A DNA stretch of 63,346 bases, filler included, from Chiloscyllium plagiosum (GCF_004010195.1; 4 parts of one record of this genome joined end to end with filler, not necessarily neighbours in it), one strand, 5' to 3'; shown: positions 25,824 through 38,974, counted from the whole stretch's first letter. Notes: generated by a model not told the origin, from the letters alone. Made by a program: numbers and translations.

Positions 25824-28224
25824 CATTCTAAAAGATGAAAGACTTAACAGCGATCTAGGTTTGTTCAATATATCATTCAGTTGCATGATACTGTAATCTT
25901 TCACTCTAAAGTCTGTGTCTTATGATTCTGCTCCACAACTATCTGATGAAAGAGCAGCATTCCAAAGGCTAGCACTTTCAATTAGCACTGTTGGACTATA
26001 ATCTGGTGCTATGTGATTTTTAACTGTGTATGTTTGGGCTTAAGGCAATATGGTTCAGTTCTACTTAGTAGTTTAGTCAATAATCAATTTTTAAAGCCAT
26101 AAGTTTATTGTAATAGACAGGTCATTTCCGACTTTAGTGAAAAACCCTAGTGAAATATCTTTTATTCTAGATAGCAGTGAAAGAGAGAAAAAAATTGATG
26201 ATTTTTTGTGATCACATTAACATTCACACTTTCAGAATGGCTCAAGGAGAAGTGAAGTTTGATTTTTAGTGCACTCGTCCTGTCAGGGTCATCATAGATG
26301 TATGAGTTCCATGTTGTATATCCTAAATAATTATGTAACCATTTAGTGGTGTAAGACATTAGGCCCACGTATAGGAATGACTAGCTGATTAACAATTAAA
26401 GAACTACCTAGTGTAAAAGTTGTTAATCTTGAAAGAAAACCTGTTAATCTATGACATTAACACATTTTTGGGATATCACATCCATTTCAAGACCATATCT
26501 TCAGATCTTCTTTTTAATGTTAAAATTAAATCCTTAAACATGCTGCCAGCTCCCAAATCTGTGCCCAACTTTCTGGAGCTACATGTTCAAATATTCTGTG
26601 ATCAGGTTTCATCCCTTGCCACAGTAATTGTTTTAAATCAAAAGGCACAAAAGGTAATCTATCTGGCTGTGAGAAAGGTGTCTCTCCTTGTCCTTGTAGA
26701 CTGGTCTGTAGCCTTTAGCTTCTTTTCTATTGCCCAGTTGGATGGAAGTGCCATTTGAAAACTCCACCACCTATAAACTTGGCAGCTCCATCTGCTCATG
26801 GACTTCTTAGACAAACCAAATGATTTCTTGCTCTGTCCGTTTTGTTGGCTATAGCTTGTGTCCCACATTTGTTTTGGGGCATACACTCATGAAATGACCA
26901 AAATGACCATTCCATTGACTTGTGACCATTATTGGTGGAATTATAATTTCTCAGTATGTAACTATAAAGAGAAGTAAAAGATTAATATAAATCTTGTAGC
27001 TCTCTCGGAATTCAAAGCCAAATTTGTTCAAACGAATGATATAATTGACTCAAGAACTTATGTGGCCTTAACAATGATAGATTCTTAGACTGTGGCAACA
27101 AATGTCTTTTGAACTATCAAAAATGTTCTGTTGAATAAAGAGGGAACTGTATTCAGGTCTAGTTCTATGTCTATGATAAATCATTTCACAAGAGAATGGT
27201 GAACTTGAAAACTTAACAAACTAAAGATTCAGTTATGGAAGGTATTTTTAGTCTTGTGACAGTTTTCTCATCTGTATGGGCACTTGGTGTTTTATTCAAT
27301 TGCTGAATAGAATACAAATATGTGGAAGTACTTCCTGAGAGGTAATTTCAACACTCATGGAAACTATGGCCAAGAATATTTAGCAAAGATCCTCAGAAAA
27401 TGGATTATCATCATGAACATTTTCTCTAACCTTCTTGATAAATCATCAAATACTTACAGTAAGACTGAAACAGTTGGGTATGAAGACATAAAACAGGGAA
27501 AAGAGAGAAATGGGGAGAAAAAAATGAAAATGTGCATAATAGAGTCAAAGATGAAAAACATCTTGCCATGTAACTGGTAGGTATCAACTACTTTAGTGGC
27601 TAATTAAGGGTCTCTTCACATGAACCAGTAAAATGCTCAAACTTCCAAAGTTTAGTGAGGCCTAATGTTTACTAATGAATCTGAAATATAGCTTAAGGGT
27701 CCAAGGTGCTCTATGTTCTGTTGCAAAAAAGGTTTTCTATCCCCTTTCCCTAATTGTGTTACAACATGGGGGATTAGGGTATGTAGGGTGCTAATTGTCT
27801 GTTTGTGGCTTGGAAGAATACCAATGGGAATAGGCTGAAATGAATGGAAGCAGAATTTTTCTGTCCTGTATCCCATGGGTTTTCTGTTTCACTCAATCTT
27901 CCGCTTACGCATCACCAGAAGGATGGCATACCGGTGGAAGGGTGATTGATGTGCCCATCCAAATGAGTTGGCAAAATTCAATCCAAGTTGGTTGTCTAGA
28001 TTGAAAAAAATAAAATTGTTAATTTATTCTCAGGCAGGTTTGCTAAAAGGCTGAATAAATGGGATTTGCTGTATTGAATTTGTAAATATGTTAGAATAGT
28101 GAGGCTAAATGCATTTCAGCATTACTAATATATGATTCATTACCACTTGCCAGTCATATGTATGATAGGCAGAATTGAGACAGCTGGGAGCTTGTCTGAC
28201 TGGAGAGCTAAAAAGAATCAGGGG

Positions 28225-28342
28225 CTGAAGGTTTTTGTGGCACAGTGTAATGTCCCTACCTCTGAGCCAGGAGGCCTCGGTTCAAGTCCCGCTTGCTCCA
28301 GAGATGTGTAATTACATGTCTGAACAGGTGATTAAAAAATAC
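28225..28342 (+). mobile_element. Short tRNA-derived SINE without V-domain
   Basis: A-box-like GTGGCACAGTG and B-box GGTTCAAGTCCC, then CTCCAGAGATGTGT..TGAACAGGTGATTAAAAAATA; related copy split around 46770-47190. Confidence 0.6.
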
Positions 28343-29099
28343 CTCATTGTCTTGTAGGCCTCACTTGTAATAGTGAGATCACACCAGGGACTACACCTGG
28401 AATCAAGACCCTGAGTGCAATGAACTGCAAAGACAGGGCAAACGCACTGCAGGATAACCACAAGAAACACCTTCTGGGATCTCCTAAACTACTAAAACAT
28501 AAGTCATTCTTTATAGCATACTTGCATTTCATGTATGAATATGACAATAAGAATGAGGGACTGCTTTCTTTTCAGTATCATAAAGTCTTTATAAGCATGT
28601 TGAACAATGCGAGTTGGGGCAAAAAGCATTATTGTTTTCAATCAAATATTCTCAGCTTATGCATTGCCTGCACCAGAGAGAAAAAAAATTATCCTGACAA
28701 CATATCTTTTTAATCTTAAAACAACACACTTTATAGCCCGATGTATGTTTAAATTATGCAAAAGTGGAAAAAAAACTGCCAGTGCATTTTCAACCAATTA
28801 CAAAATATTATCTGCTATAATGTAATCATTGCTCCCCTTTTAATCCAAATTTCAAAGCATCAAGCAAAAATCTAAAAAGGTCAGCTAGTTGTAGTTCTTT
28901 CTGGCTGCCTGATGCTTTTTGTTTGCCAAGCACTTCATAAATAATTACCTATGTACTTCCCACATAACATTCATTGCCAATGGTTCAACTCAATTGACCT
29001 CAGTCATTGGAATGCTTTGCCTTAAAAGGATAGATTGCATTTAAAATTGCTGTATCCGAGCAGCAGGATAATGCATCATGTATTACCTGGTATGGTGAC

Positions 29100-29430
29100 A
29101 TCTGACATTTACGTTTATTTTAAAACATGTGAAAACATCTCAAGGCAATTCTCAGAAGGATTATCAGAGATGGTGGCAACAAGCCACATAGGGAGCTATT
29201 AAGACAGGTGACCATAAGTTAGGTCAAAGGGATTGATTTAAAGGAGTGTCTTAAAGGAGAAAAGAGGGATAGAGAATTGGAGGCAACTGGGAAGGGCAAA
29301 CTCCAGACATCAGGGACTTGAAGCTGAAGGTATGATTCCCAAAGATAGCGTGACTGGTCAAGAATTGGAATCGAATGAGAGCAGAAACCTTGGCGAGTTG
29401 TAGGATTTAGTAGATGACAGAAGTAGAAAG
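29100..29430 (-). mobile_element. Old LINE 3' end, probably L2-type
   Basis: rc contains ..VWSLP..FKTLL*INPFD.., typical of L2/CR1-group RT C-termini; degraded. Confidence 0.45.
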
Positions 29431-30489
29431 ACACTGGCCAATGCAATAAAAAAAGGACCAGCTTTTATTGTTAGCAATACCACAGGAAGTCCAAGACTTT
29501 CTTTGCCTGAAACCTTTGTGTTAAACTAAAGATGGTAACCCACTTGAAATAAGACATGTCAATCCTTCCTTTCAACTCATCAAGGAAGGAATTCAACTCA
29601 TCAAGGAAGGAACAAAAGCACATTAACTGTTTACAAATTATTAGCTTGGTGCAAATTTGAAGGCCAAAATAAGATGGCCTAAATAACGTTTTCCACAACA
29701 CCGCTTATTTGGAAGGAATCTCTTGAGAGGTGGTAAATAAGAAGTATCGCGGCAAATCGTGAGCTACATGTACAAGTGAGGTTATGTGGTTCAAAAAAAT
29801 TCCATTTTGGTGAGAAATTTATAGTCATCCTACACAATAGATTCCAGGTTTTCTTCAACTCTAAAGTGCAAGAGATTATAAACGACCACATTTCAATCAA
29901 ACACAGAGCCAGGGAACAGGGGTGAAGGAAGGGGTTTGGGATTTGGCAGGGGCTCAGTAATAGTCAAACAGTTCATGTTACAAACACTTTGCCGAACATA
30001 AATTTGTTCCTTTATGTAATACTTGATTTTACTCCCAATGAAGAATGTACCAGAATTCAGCTAATGCTGCCTGACAAAGGTTTTTTTCTTTTCCCCCTTT
30101 AGTCCTGCCAGATATTAGCAACTCGACTTAGTAATAACCAATTTTCAGACTCTATTGCTGCTACTCCTGTCCTCCCTCCACGTGCTTCAAGACCATCAGG
30201 TTCTCCCTAGTTCCTCAGAGTAGCACCAGATTCAGATTTGCCCCGCAGGAATCAAATCCTCTCCGAGGACTGACATTCTATTTTCAGTCTAATCAAAACT
30301 CAGCCCTTGCCCACCCTGTAGTGCCGACAGGTCAACCCCCAGCCGCCTGCCAGTTGCGAGAACATTGAATTACATCTTCTCTTCTGATGATCATACAGCT
30401 AACGTTCTTTTTCCACCATGCTGCCAGCCAATAAATTCACTATCCCTGGCAATTGCTTTGTATTGCCACAGGAATCCATCATTAAGCTA

Positions 30490-30556
30490 AACGTCACACA
30501 ACACCAGGTTGATTTTTAACTTTGTACACCCCAGTCCAACACCGGCATCTCCAAAT
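30490..30556. mobile_element. 67-bp minimal PLE insertion (inverted stub + terminal tail)
   Basis: TCACACAACACCAGG then GATTTTTAACTTTGTACACCCCAGTCCAACACCGGCATCTCCAAAT (terminus of the 24262 family); exact TSD CATCATTAAGCTA at 30477-30489 and 30557-30569. Confidence 0.8.
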
Positions 30557-30569
30557 CATCATTAAGCTA

Positions 30570-31300
30570 TGTTGTGAAACTTGGAAGGGTTCAGAAAAGA
30601 TTTACAAGGATGTTACCAGGGTTGAGCAGTTTGAGCAAAAGAGAGAGGCTGAATAGACTGGGGCTGTTCTCCCTGGAGCATCGGAGACTGTGCAGTAACC
30701 TTCTAAAGGTTTATAAAATCCTGAGGGGCATGGCTAAGGTGAATGGTCAAGGTCTTTTCCCCATGATCAGGGAGTACAAACCTAGAGGGCATTGGTTTAA
30801 GGTGAGAGGGGAAAGACTTAAAATGGACCTAAAGGGCAACTTTTTCACACAGAGGGTGGTGCATGTATGGAATGAGCTGACAGAGGAAGTGGTGGAGGCT
30901 GGTACAATTTGGATATTTAAAAGGCATCTCAATGGGTTTATGAATAGGAATGGTTCAGAAGGATATGGGCCAAATGGTGGCAAATGGGACTAGATTAATT
31001 TAGGATATCTGGTAAGCATGGACAAGTTGGACTGAAGTCAAAGAACGTGGCGCTGGAAAAGCACAACCAGTCAGGTAGCATCCAAGGAGCAGGAGAGTCG
31101 ATGTTTTGGGCATAAGCTCTTCATCAGGAAGAGCTTATGCTTGAAACATCGACTGTCCCGCTTCTTGGATGCTGCCTGACCTGCTGAGCTTTTCCAGCAT
31201 CACACTCTTTGACTCTGATCTCCAGCATCTGCAGTGCTCACTTTGTCCAAGTTGGACTGAAGTGTCTGTTTCCATGCTGTACATCTCTAAGACTCTATGA
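30570..31300 (+). mobile_element. CR1 (HER1-like) 3' end, interrupted by a PLE hairpin
   Basis: KLGRVQKRFTRMLPGL..LGLFSLEHRRL..GNFFTQRVVHVWNEL; 3' UTR resumes after 31248. Confidence 0.92.
31036..31247. mobile_element. Short palindromic PLE derivative
   Basis: Arms GCTGGAAAAGCACAACCAGTCAGG.. / ..CCTGACCTGCTGAGCTTTTCCAGC; axis at CTTCATCAG|GAAGAGC; TSD CAAGTTGGACTGA at 31023 and 31248. Confidence 0.85.
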
Positions 31301-31627
31301 CAGTACATGATCTTGAGTATACGGGCTTTGTCATCTAAAAGGTGAGATAACATGTATGAGACACAATCAACTTTCAGAATCACAAAGTTGTTGAGGTGCA
31401 CATGGAGGCCATTTTGCCCATTCTGTCTCCAACGTCTCTCTGAGCATTTTAACTTAGTTCTCTGCCACGTTCCTCATCAGTTTGTACATTTTTCCTATTT
31501 AAATCTCCTAATGCTCTCTTGAATGCTTCAATGTAATCTGCCTTCAGCACATTTCCAGGCAAGGCATTACAGATCCTAACTATGCATGCTATGAGCAAGA
31601 TTTGTCTTCTCACCTCACATTCACTTT

Positions 31628-33425
31628 GAGTCGTAGAGTCATAGAGATGTATAGCATGGAAACAGACCCTTCGGTCCAATTCATCCATGCTGACCAGATA
31701 TCCCAACCAGTCCCATTTTGCCAGCACTTGACCCATATCCCTCTAAACCCTTCCTATTCATATACCCATCTAGATGCATTTCAAATGTTGCAATTGTACC
31801 AGCCTCCACCACTTCCTCTGGAAGCTTATTCCATACACTCGCCACCCTCTGCATGAACAGTTGTCCCTTAGGTCTTTCGGTCTTTCCACTCTCACTCTAA
31901 ATCTATGCCCTCTAGTTCTGGACCCCCCCATCCCAGGGAAAAGACTTTGTCTATTTTTCCTATCTATGCCCCTCATGATTTTATAAACTTCTATAAGGGA
32001 AAAACAGCCCCAGCCTACTCAGCCTCTCCCTATAGCTCAAATCCTCCAACCCTGGCAACATCCTTGTAAATCTTTTCTGAACCCTTTCAAGTTTCACAAC
32101 ATCCTTCTGACAGGAAGGACACCAGAATTGCATGCAATATTCCAACAGTGGCCTAACCAATGTCCTGTACAGCCACAACATGACCTCCTAACTCCTGTAC
32201 TCAATACTCTGACCAATAAAGGAAAGCATACCACATGTCTTATTCACTATCCTATCTACATGCAACTCCAATTTCAAGGTGCTATGAACCTGCACTCCAA
32301 GGTCTCTTTGTTCAGCAACACTTTCTAGGAACTTACCATTAAGTGTATAAGTTCTGCTAAGATTTGCTTTCCCAAAATGCAGCACCTCTAACTTAAATTC
32401 CATTTGCCATTCTGCAGCCCATTGGCCCATTTGGTCAAGATCCCATTATAATCTGAGGTAACCTCCTTCGCTGTCCACTACACCTCCAATTTTGGTATAA
32501 AAGGAATCTTACTAAATATACCTCTTGTTCACATCCAAATCCTTCATATAAATATTGAAATGTAGTGGACCCAGCACCAATCCTTGTGGTACTCCACTGG
32601 TCACGGGCCTCCAGTCTGAAAAACAACCCTCCACCACCACCCTCTGTCTTTTACCTTCAAGCCAGTTCTGTGTCCAAATGGCTAGTTTGCTCTGGATTCC
32701 ATGAGGTCTGACCTTGCTAACCAGTCTTCCTGGGATCCTTGTCGAATGCCTTATTGAATCCAAATAGATCATGTCCACTGCTCTGCCATCATCAATCCTC
32801 TTTGCTATTTCTTCAAAAACTCAATCAAGTTTGTGAGACATGATTTCCCATGCACAAAGCCATGTTGACTATCCCTAATCAGTCCATGCCTTTCCAAATA
32901 CATGTAAATCATGACCCTCAGGATTCCCTGCAACAACTTGCCCACCACTGATTTCAGGCTCACCCAGTCTACAGTTCCCCGCTTGTCCTTACCATCTTTC
33001 TTAAACAATGGCACCACGTTAGCCAACCTCCAGTCTTCCAGCACCTCACCTGTGATTATCGATGTTACAAATATCTCAGCAAGGGGCCCAGCAATCACTT
33101 CTCTAGCCTCCCATAGAGTTCTAGGGTACATCTGATCAGGTCCTGGGGATTTATCCACCTATAGGCATTTCAAGACATTCAGCACTTCCTCATCTGTAAT
33201 ATGGACATTTTTCAAAATATCACCATCTATTTCCCTACATTCTATATCTTCTATGTCCTTCTCCACAGTAAATACTTTAGTACCTTCCCCATCTCCTGCA
33301 GCTCCACACAAAGGCTGCCTTGCTGATCTTTGAGGGTCTCTACTAACTCCCTCGTTACCCTTTTATCCTTAATGTATTTGTAAAATCCTTTTGGATTTTC
33401 CTTAACCCTATTTGTCACTTCTTTT
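31628..33425 (-). mobile_element. CR1 LINE, RT domain to 3' end, inserted in an older CR1
   Basis: [69 protein letters not shown]; frameshifted. Confidence 0.93.
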
Positions 33426-34310
33426 TGCAAAACACTTCAAAACTGTATTCTTTTGTTTTTGATTCTATTATGAGTTGGAACAGTTTCTCCCTGTTGAAAC
33501 CCCTTATGCAAAAATTCTCCTCCATAACTTCTCCAATCTTTCTTCATAACTGAAGTGTTTCATCACCTGGAACCATTTTTGTCAATGTCTTCTTGTCCAA
33601 CTAGAAGAGTGTTATTGAGTAGCCAACAGCACATTTAATGCATTACTACAACTATTTGTAGATTATATAAACACGATTTACATTTCTACAGTGTCTATTG
33701 GGAACAAATTGCCCCCAGGTATGTCTCCTATCAGTTTATAACTTACACTCTGACTTTGTCCTTGTGATGGCCGAAAGACTCCAGCTCATCCCCTAAAATG
33801 CCATTAAATCACGCATCTTCCAGTCTCACGCTGCAAAACCTCAGGTCCCACTCAATAGAGCAAAACCAGTAGTAAGCTTATTCAGTACCATTGTTCTGTG
33901 GTCCCTCAGACCACCCAATGAGAAGCTGAAAACTTGCAAGAACCTCCCTCCCCAGCATCATAATCATGCAAAAACCTAAGACCACCAATGCACCAAGACT
34001 TCATCGCAACTCAATTCCATTATTCTCATATTACAGACCATTCACTACCCCCCCACAAACATGCTATAATTTGTGATGTGCAGTGGGAATGGCAATTTAG
34101 TTATAAGGTGCTCAAAAGGTTGCAGTTCTATCCTTTATGCCAAGGAGGAATGTTTGACTTTCCTTCAGGAAATGTCGGCATCACTGGCTGGATAAATTTT
34201 TATTGCCTGCCACTAATTGCCATTTACTCCCAGTATTTGGCTATGATTTTACAATATTCACATTGCTTCCAACTTCAGAGCTATCTGCATTCCTTATACC
34301 CTTTACCCAT

Positions 34311-34432
34311 TGAAGAAGGGCTTATGGCCAAAACGTCGATTCTCCTGCTCCTTTGATGCTGCCTGACCTGCTGCGCTTTTCCAGCAACACATTTTCAGCT
34401 CTGATCTCCAGCATCTGCAGTCCTCACTTTCA
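34311..34432 (+). mobile_element. Short PLE 3'-end derivative starting at the hammerhead core
   Basis: TGAAGAAGGGCTTATGGCCAAAACGTCGATTCTCC..TCTGATCTCCAGCATCTGCAGTCCTCACTTTC; ACCCATT repeated on both flanks. Confidence 0.82.
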
Positions 34433-34659
34433 CCCATTATAAGTACCAGTTTTAATCTCCAATCTTGTGGATTTGAGAAGTAAAGAAGAAAAAACATGTT
34501 TATAGGGTTAATATGACATGTAAAACTGTACCAATAATGGCCACACTTTAACAAATCTTAAAGATAAACCTAAACCAGTTACCTCAAATTATTTATTCTC
34601 CAGAAATTGTACTTTTAGTTGTGATTGCAGTCATTAATCCTGAAACATCAATTCCGAAG

Positions 34660-36177
34660 AGTCCTGATGGATTTGTCCCAACAGTCACTGCATCAGACGT
34701 TAGATCAGTTTTCATTCATGTGAATCTAAGGAAAGCAATGGGACCAGACGGAGTACCAGGCTGTGCACTCAGAGCATGCACAGATCAACTGGCAGAGGTC
34801 TTCTTGGACATCTTCAACCTGTCCCTGCAGCAGGCCACTGTGCCTGCCTATTTCAAGATGGCCAACATCATCCCTGTGCCTAAGAAGGCTCATGTAGCAT
34901 GTCTCAATGACTACCGGCCAGTGGCCCTAACTTCAGTGGTCATGAAGTGCTTTGAAAGGCTGGCCATGGCATTAATCAACTCCAGCCTCCCCACTACTTT
35001 TGACCCACTCCAATTTGCCTATTGGATGAACAGATCCACGTCAGATGCCATATCACTTGCCCTTCACTCCATCCTAGAACATCTTGACACCAAGAACAGC
35101 TACGTAAGAATCCTACTCATTGAATACAGTTCAGCCTTCAATACCATTATCCCCTCGAGACTGATCATTAAACTTACTGATCTCGGACTAAACCCTACTC
35201 TCGACAACTGGATTCTCAGTTTCCTGACTCACAGGCTACCATCAGTGAAGATTAGGGACAATATTTCATCCTCGCTAACACTCAACACTGGAGACCCCCC
35301 AGGGGTGCATACTCAGCCCCTTACTGTACTCACTGTATACCCATGACTACGTCACCAAATACCAGACTAATGCTATTTACAAGTTCGCTGATGACACCAC
35401 TATAATTGGTTGACTCTCGGATGGCGACGAAACAAATGGGAGGTGGAAGACTTGGAAAAATGGTGCACTGAGAACAACCCAGCTCTCAATGCTGGCAAAA
35501 CCAAGGAACCCATTATTGACTTTCAGTGGGATGTTACTCATGCCCCACTACATATTAACAGCACAGAGGTGGAACGAACAAAGAGTGTCAAGCTCCTGGG
35601 AATGGTCACCCACAAGAAGCATTTTTGGATTCTTCATGTGGACGCACTGGTTACAAAGGCCCAACAACATCTCTTCTTCCTCAGGCAGCTGAGAAAATTT
35701 GGCATGACAGCAAATACCCTTGCCAACTTTTATAGGTGCGCCATTGAGAGCATTCTGTCTGGATCAGAGACGGTTACAGAGAGTGGTGAACTCAGCCCGG
35801 ACAATCACAAAGGCCAACCTCCCATCTGTAAAATCCATCTACCAGGCCCACTGTCAAGGAAAGGCCGCTAGCATTCTCAAAGATCCATCCCACCCTGGCA
35901 ATGATTTTTTCTACAATCTTTACCATCAGGGAGAAGGTACAGAAGCCAGAACACACGCACCAGCTGGTTTCGAAACAGTTTCTACCCTACTGTTGTTAGA
36001 ATACTGAATGGACTCACAAACTCTTAACATTCTTCTCTACTTGTGTTTTTTTTTGTTTTTGCTGCTGTTTATTTATTATTTACTTATCTATGCAACTTAA
36101 CACCGTAATCTGCCTGTATTGCTCGCAAGACAAAGCTTTTCACTGTGCCTCGGTACACATGACAATAAATTCAATTC
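34660..36177 (+). mobile_element. Rex1/Babar-clade LINE, 5'-truncated RT (frameshifted)
   Basis: RKAMGPDGVPGCALRACTDQLAEVF..CLNDYRPVALTSVVMKCFERL..DPLQFAY..YSSAFNTI..YKFADDTT; tail GCTTTTCACTGTGCCTCGGTACACATGACAATAAATTCAATTC. Confidence 0.9.
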
Positions 36178-37014
36178 TGTGTGGAATACAAGTTAAATTC
36201 CAACACACGAGTATTGATACAGTCAGTAACTATATGCCATGCCAAATGGAATAAACAATCATAGTCTTCCCAACTTTCTGATCTTAGCAGCAGATTAGAT
36301 GACCTGGTTAGAGAAGTTCTGGTTAAGCCTGGTTTAATGCTGTCAAGCTCTTTCCTTCACCGTCAGCCTCTTCATCTTCTTCCGGTAATCCTTCTGGTGA
36401 TTATTAGGCACGTGAACCATTTGTTCATTTAGAAAGGATTTTAAATTTCTTATCTTCTTTGGGCCTCATTCAGTACTTGTCTGTTAATTATTTCCTCCAC
36501 CCAGTTTACCATTACAATCCTTCTTAAACATCATGTTTTGAAATAGTTGGCTCTCTTTTATTCTCCCTTTCCAAAGTTCCAAGTTTCATGTCCATAACTC
36601 ATCACTGACTAGCATAACATTTGATTGATTAAACAGGGAAGAAGTGGTTTCTGCTGGCAGTGAATTCAGTAATGAAATTTAAGGTGATTGGCAAAAGTGC
36701 CAGAAGGAAAATGGGGAGAATTATTTCTGTGCAGTGTCCTGTTGTGATCAAGAATGTACCAGCTGAAGGGATGAGGGAAGCAGTTCAACAGCACCTTTCA
36801 AAAGAATTTGGATGTGAACTTGAAGGGGAGATAAATAAAAGGGCAATGAGTGAAAAAGAATTAGTAATTAAAGATTTCCTTCTTGTGTTGTGCTTAGCTT
36901 TATTACATTAAATCTTTCACATAAAATAGTTTGCCTGACCTTTAAATCTGCACATTAAAAAGCAACACATTTATTCCATAGTCTAATGACTGGTACTGCA
37001 AGAACTACACCAGC

Positions 37015-37185
37015 CCTTTTGCAATCAGCAAGGTCCCACAAACAGCATGAAATAATGACTAGACTATCTTATTAGATAAGTTGACGGAAGGACAGACATT
37101 CACCAAGACACAAGGAGAACTCCCCTTACTCTTCATGCTTAATTGCCATGGGATCTTTTACATCCACCTGGAAGGCTAGACAAAC
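37015..37185 (-). mobile_element. Deu-domain SINE relic
   Basis: CAGCAAGGTCCCACAAACAGCA..GGAGAACTCCCC..TGCCATGGGATCTTTTACATCCACCTG matches the recalled rc Deu domain. Confidence 0.7.
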
Positions 37186-38974
37186 ATTTTTATGGTGTTC
37201 CAAATGCAAAATATTCATGGAAAACACCACAAAGGTCAGATAGATTGTGTCGGCTATGCCACATTAATTTCCAATTGTAATGCCTCAATACTTAATGTCA
37301 ATGAAGTTATTTTAGTCCAATTTGGCCTTAAAGTAATTACCTTGCCATCATATGAAGTTACATTGTACATTTACAGTGGACAGTTACTTTTACACTTTAC
37401 TGCACCTCTCTCTTTCTCCCTCTCTAGTAATTTACTTTCATTCAACAGAATCCTATGTGGGAGAATTATTTTTCTGTAATAAATTAAAATTTATGTTTAC
37501 TACAATGGATATTCGAAACCTTGATGGTGACAATTATTTTTGAAGCCTTGCAGCACACAGACATTAATCCCTGAAAACATATCATTTTTGCGTTACAAGA
37601 AAAAAACCTTAAAATGTTCATTTCTGCTGGGGTGGAATTAGAATTATAAAGCAGATAATTAATGAGCAAGTTGTATGCCTGGTTTGCCTAGTCTACACTA
37701 AGATAAAGCTGAAATGATTGCTGGTGTCAGTTTTTGCAGTGCTAGGCTCATACCATTCTGATTGGCATAAATTACATGATACCTCCCATGTACTGATCAT
37801 GGTTATTTTTAAACATATGTCTACCAACAGAAGACTAAAATTTAAAATTCGAATTGTAACTTTTAAAATAATAATTTAGGTTGATTCAGAATCCATTGAT
37901 CACATTAATTGATAGGCATGGAATTAATAAGGTTCAGACTAGTCATTTTACTTAGTTTGATTTAGGGTCTCTTTTTAACAAAACGGACTTGAGGAACTGC
38001 TTTTATTTATTCTTTCTTATGCTCTTAAGAGAAAAGTCAACAAAAATTTCCCACTTTAAAGGAAAATTAAGACCTTCCATATGATTTATAGACCATCCTG
38101 CGGAATTAATATCTTGCTCTACTTTTGGCAGAAGCCAATATGTAAACATTGGGTACTTAGAAAGGGTACAATAGAGTGATCTTAACAAATAATTTATCAT
38201 CATTTGGTTGTACAGAATTTGAACATTGCTGAAAAAAGACAGTTTTAGAATCTCTTCATCTTGAAAACATCAAGACATTAGACAAGAATACAAGTTCAAG
38301 GGGAAATCAACATTTAATGTCTATGACAGGAGAGTGCTGATTAGTTGGCAGGTGGAATTGGGGGAGTTAAGAATTTCTATATTGTGTGTGTTATGAAGGG
38401 CATAGTTGGTGGTTTCAATTTAGATTTGTTCTATGCATGGTATCAGAGTGTCTGGAGATTTGTTTTCGCTACTGTCTTTTAAATGAAATCTTTAAGACCC
38501 TTGAGGTGAATAGTTTAGTGCATTAGAAAAAAAAGGGTGAAGGAGAGAAAAAAAGCAGTTTTTCTTCATGTAAACAGAAGATCAGAACATTCCAGAAGCA
38601 GTCAGGAAGACTGCAGCTTCATTCAGAGAGAAATGCTGTTCATAACAGTCTCCAAAGCAACATCACTTGGGAAGAAGGCCTGAGTTGCTTAGAAGAAAAC
38701 TCCAGGAGTATAATTAAGCTGCATTAAATAACAAATGTTACCAGCTTGTTGTAAAAATATAAACTAAAGAAAATAACATTAAGTGAAATCAAAAATTTGC
38801 CAAAAGTAAGCCAAAGACAGTTATGCTAACTGAACAGAATGGAAATTGGAGTGACCTATCAATGAGGTTTGAATGCCTTTAATGTTATTGTTGAGCATTG
38901 AATCTTTATTTATGCTTTATGTAATTAGACCATTTCAAACAGTTTTTGTATCACATAGTTCATTTTTATTTTAG

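Larger units (their letters stand above)
24262..26025. mobile_element. Second Neptune-type PLE family, fold-back insertion with nested elements
   Basis: 24524-24680 plus: FSGQGHLASDLRVSILQGGLQD..EQRLIAKFGTHEDGLNRDLGFMSH (GIY-YIG C-terminus). Inverted ends AGTTAAAAATCAC.. / ..GTGATTTTTAACT; TSD CTGTGTATGTTTGG at 24248-24261 and 26024-26037. Confidence 0.82.

Noticed and set aside
29571..29612. 21-bp tandem duplication (also a 23-bp duplication at ~45153-45200)
   Set aside because: Ordinary local slippage duplications, two copies only
34621..36007. Functional reverse transcriptase gene
   Set aside because: 5'-truncated Rex1 copy with frameshifts and stops
36310..36420. Short acidic/basic minus-strand reading frames
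   Set aside because: Under 30 codons, no recognisable homology or splice support
38389..38960. Possible additional LTR relics (also ~5140-5720 and ~23310-24250)
   Set aside because: LTR-like composition, but both ends and a TSD could not be defined
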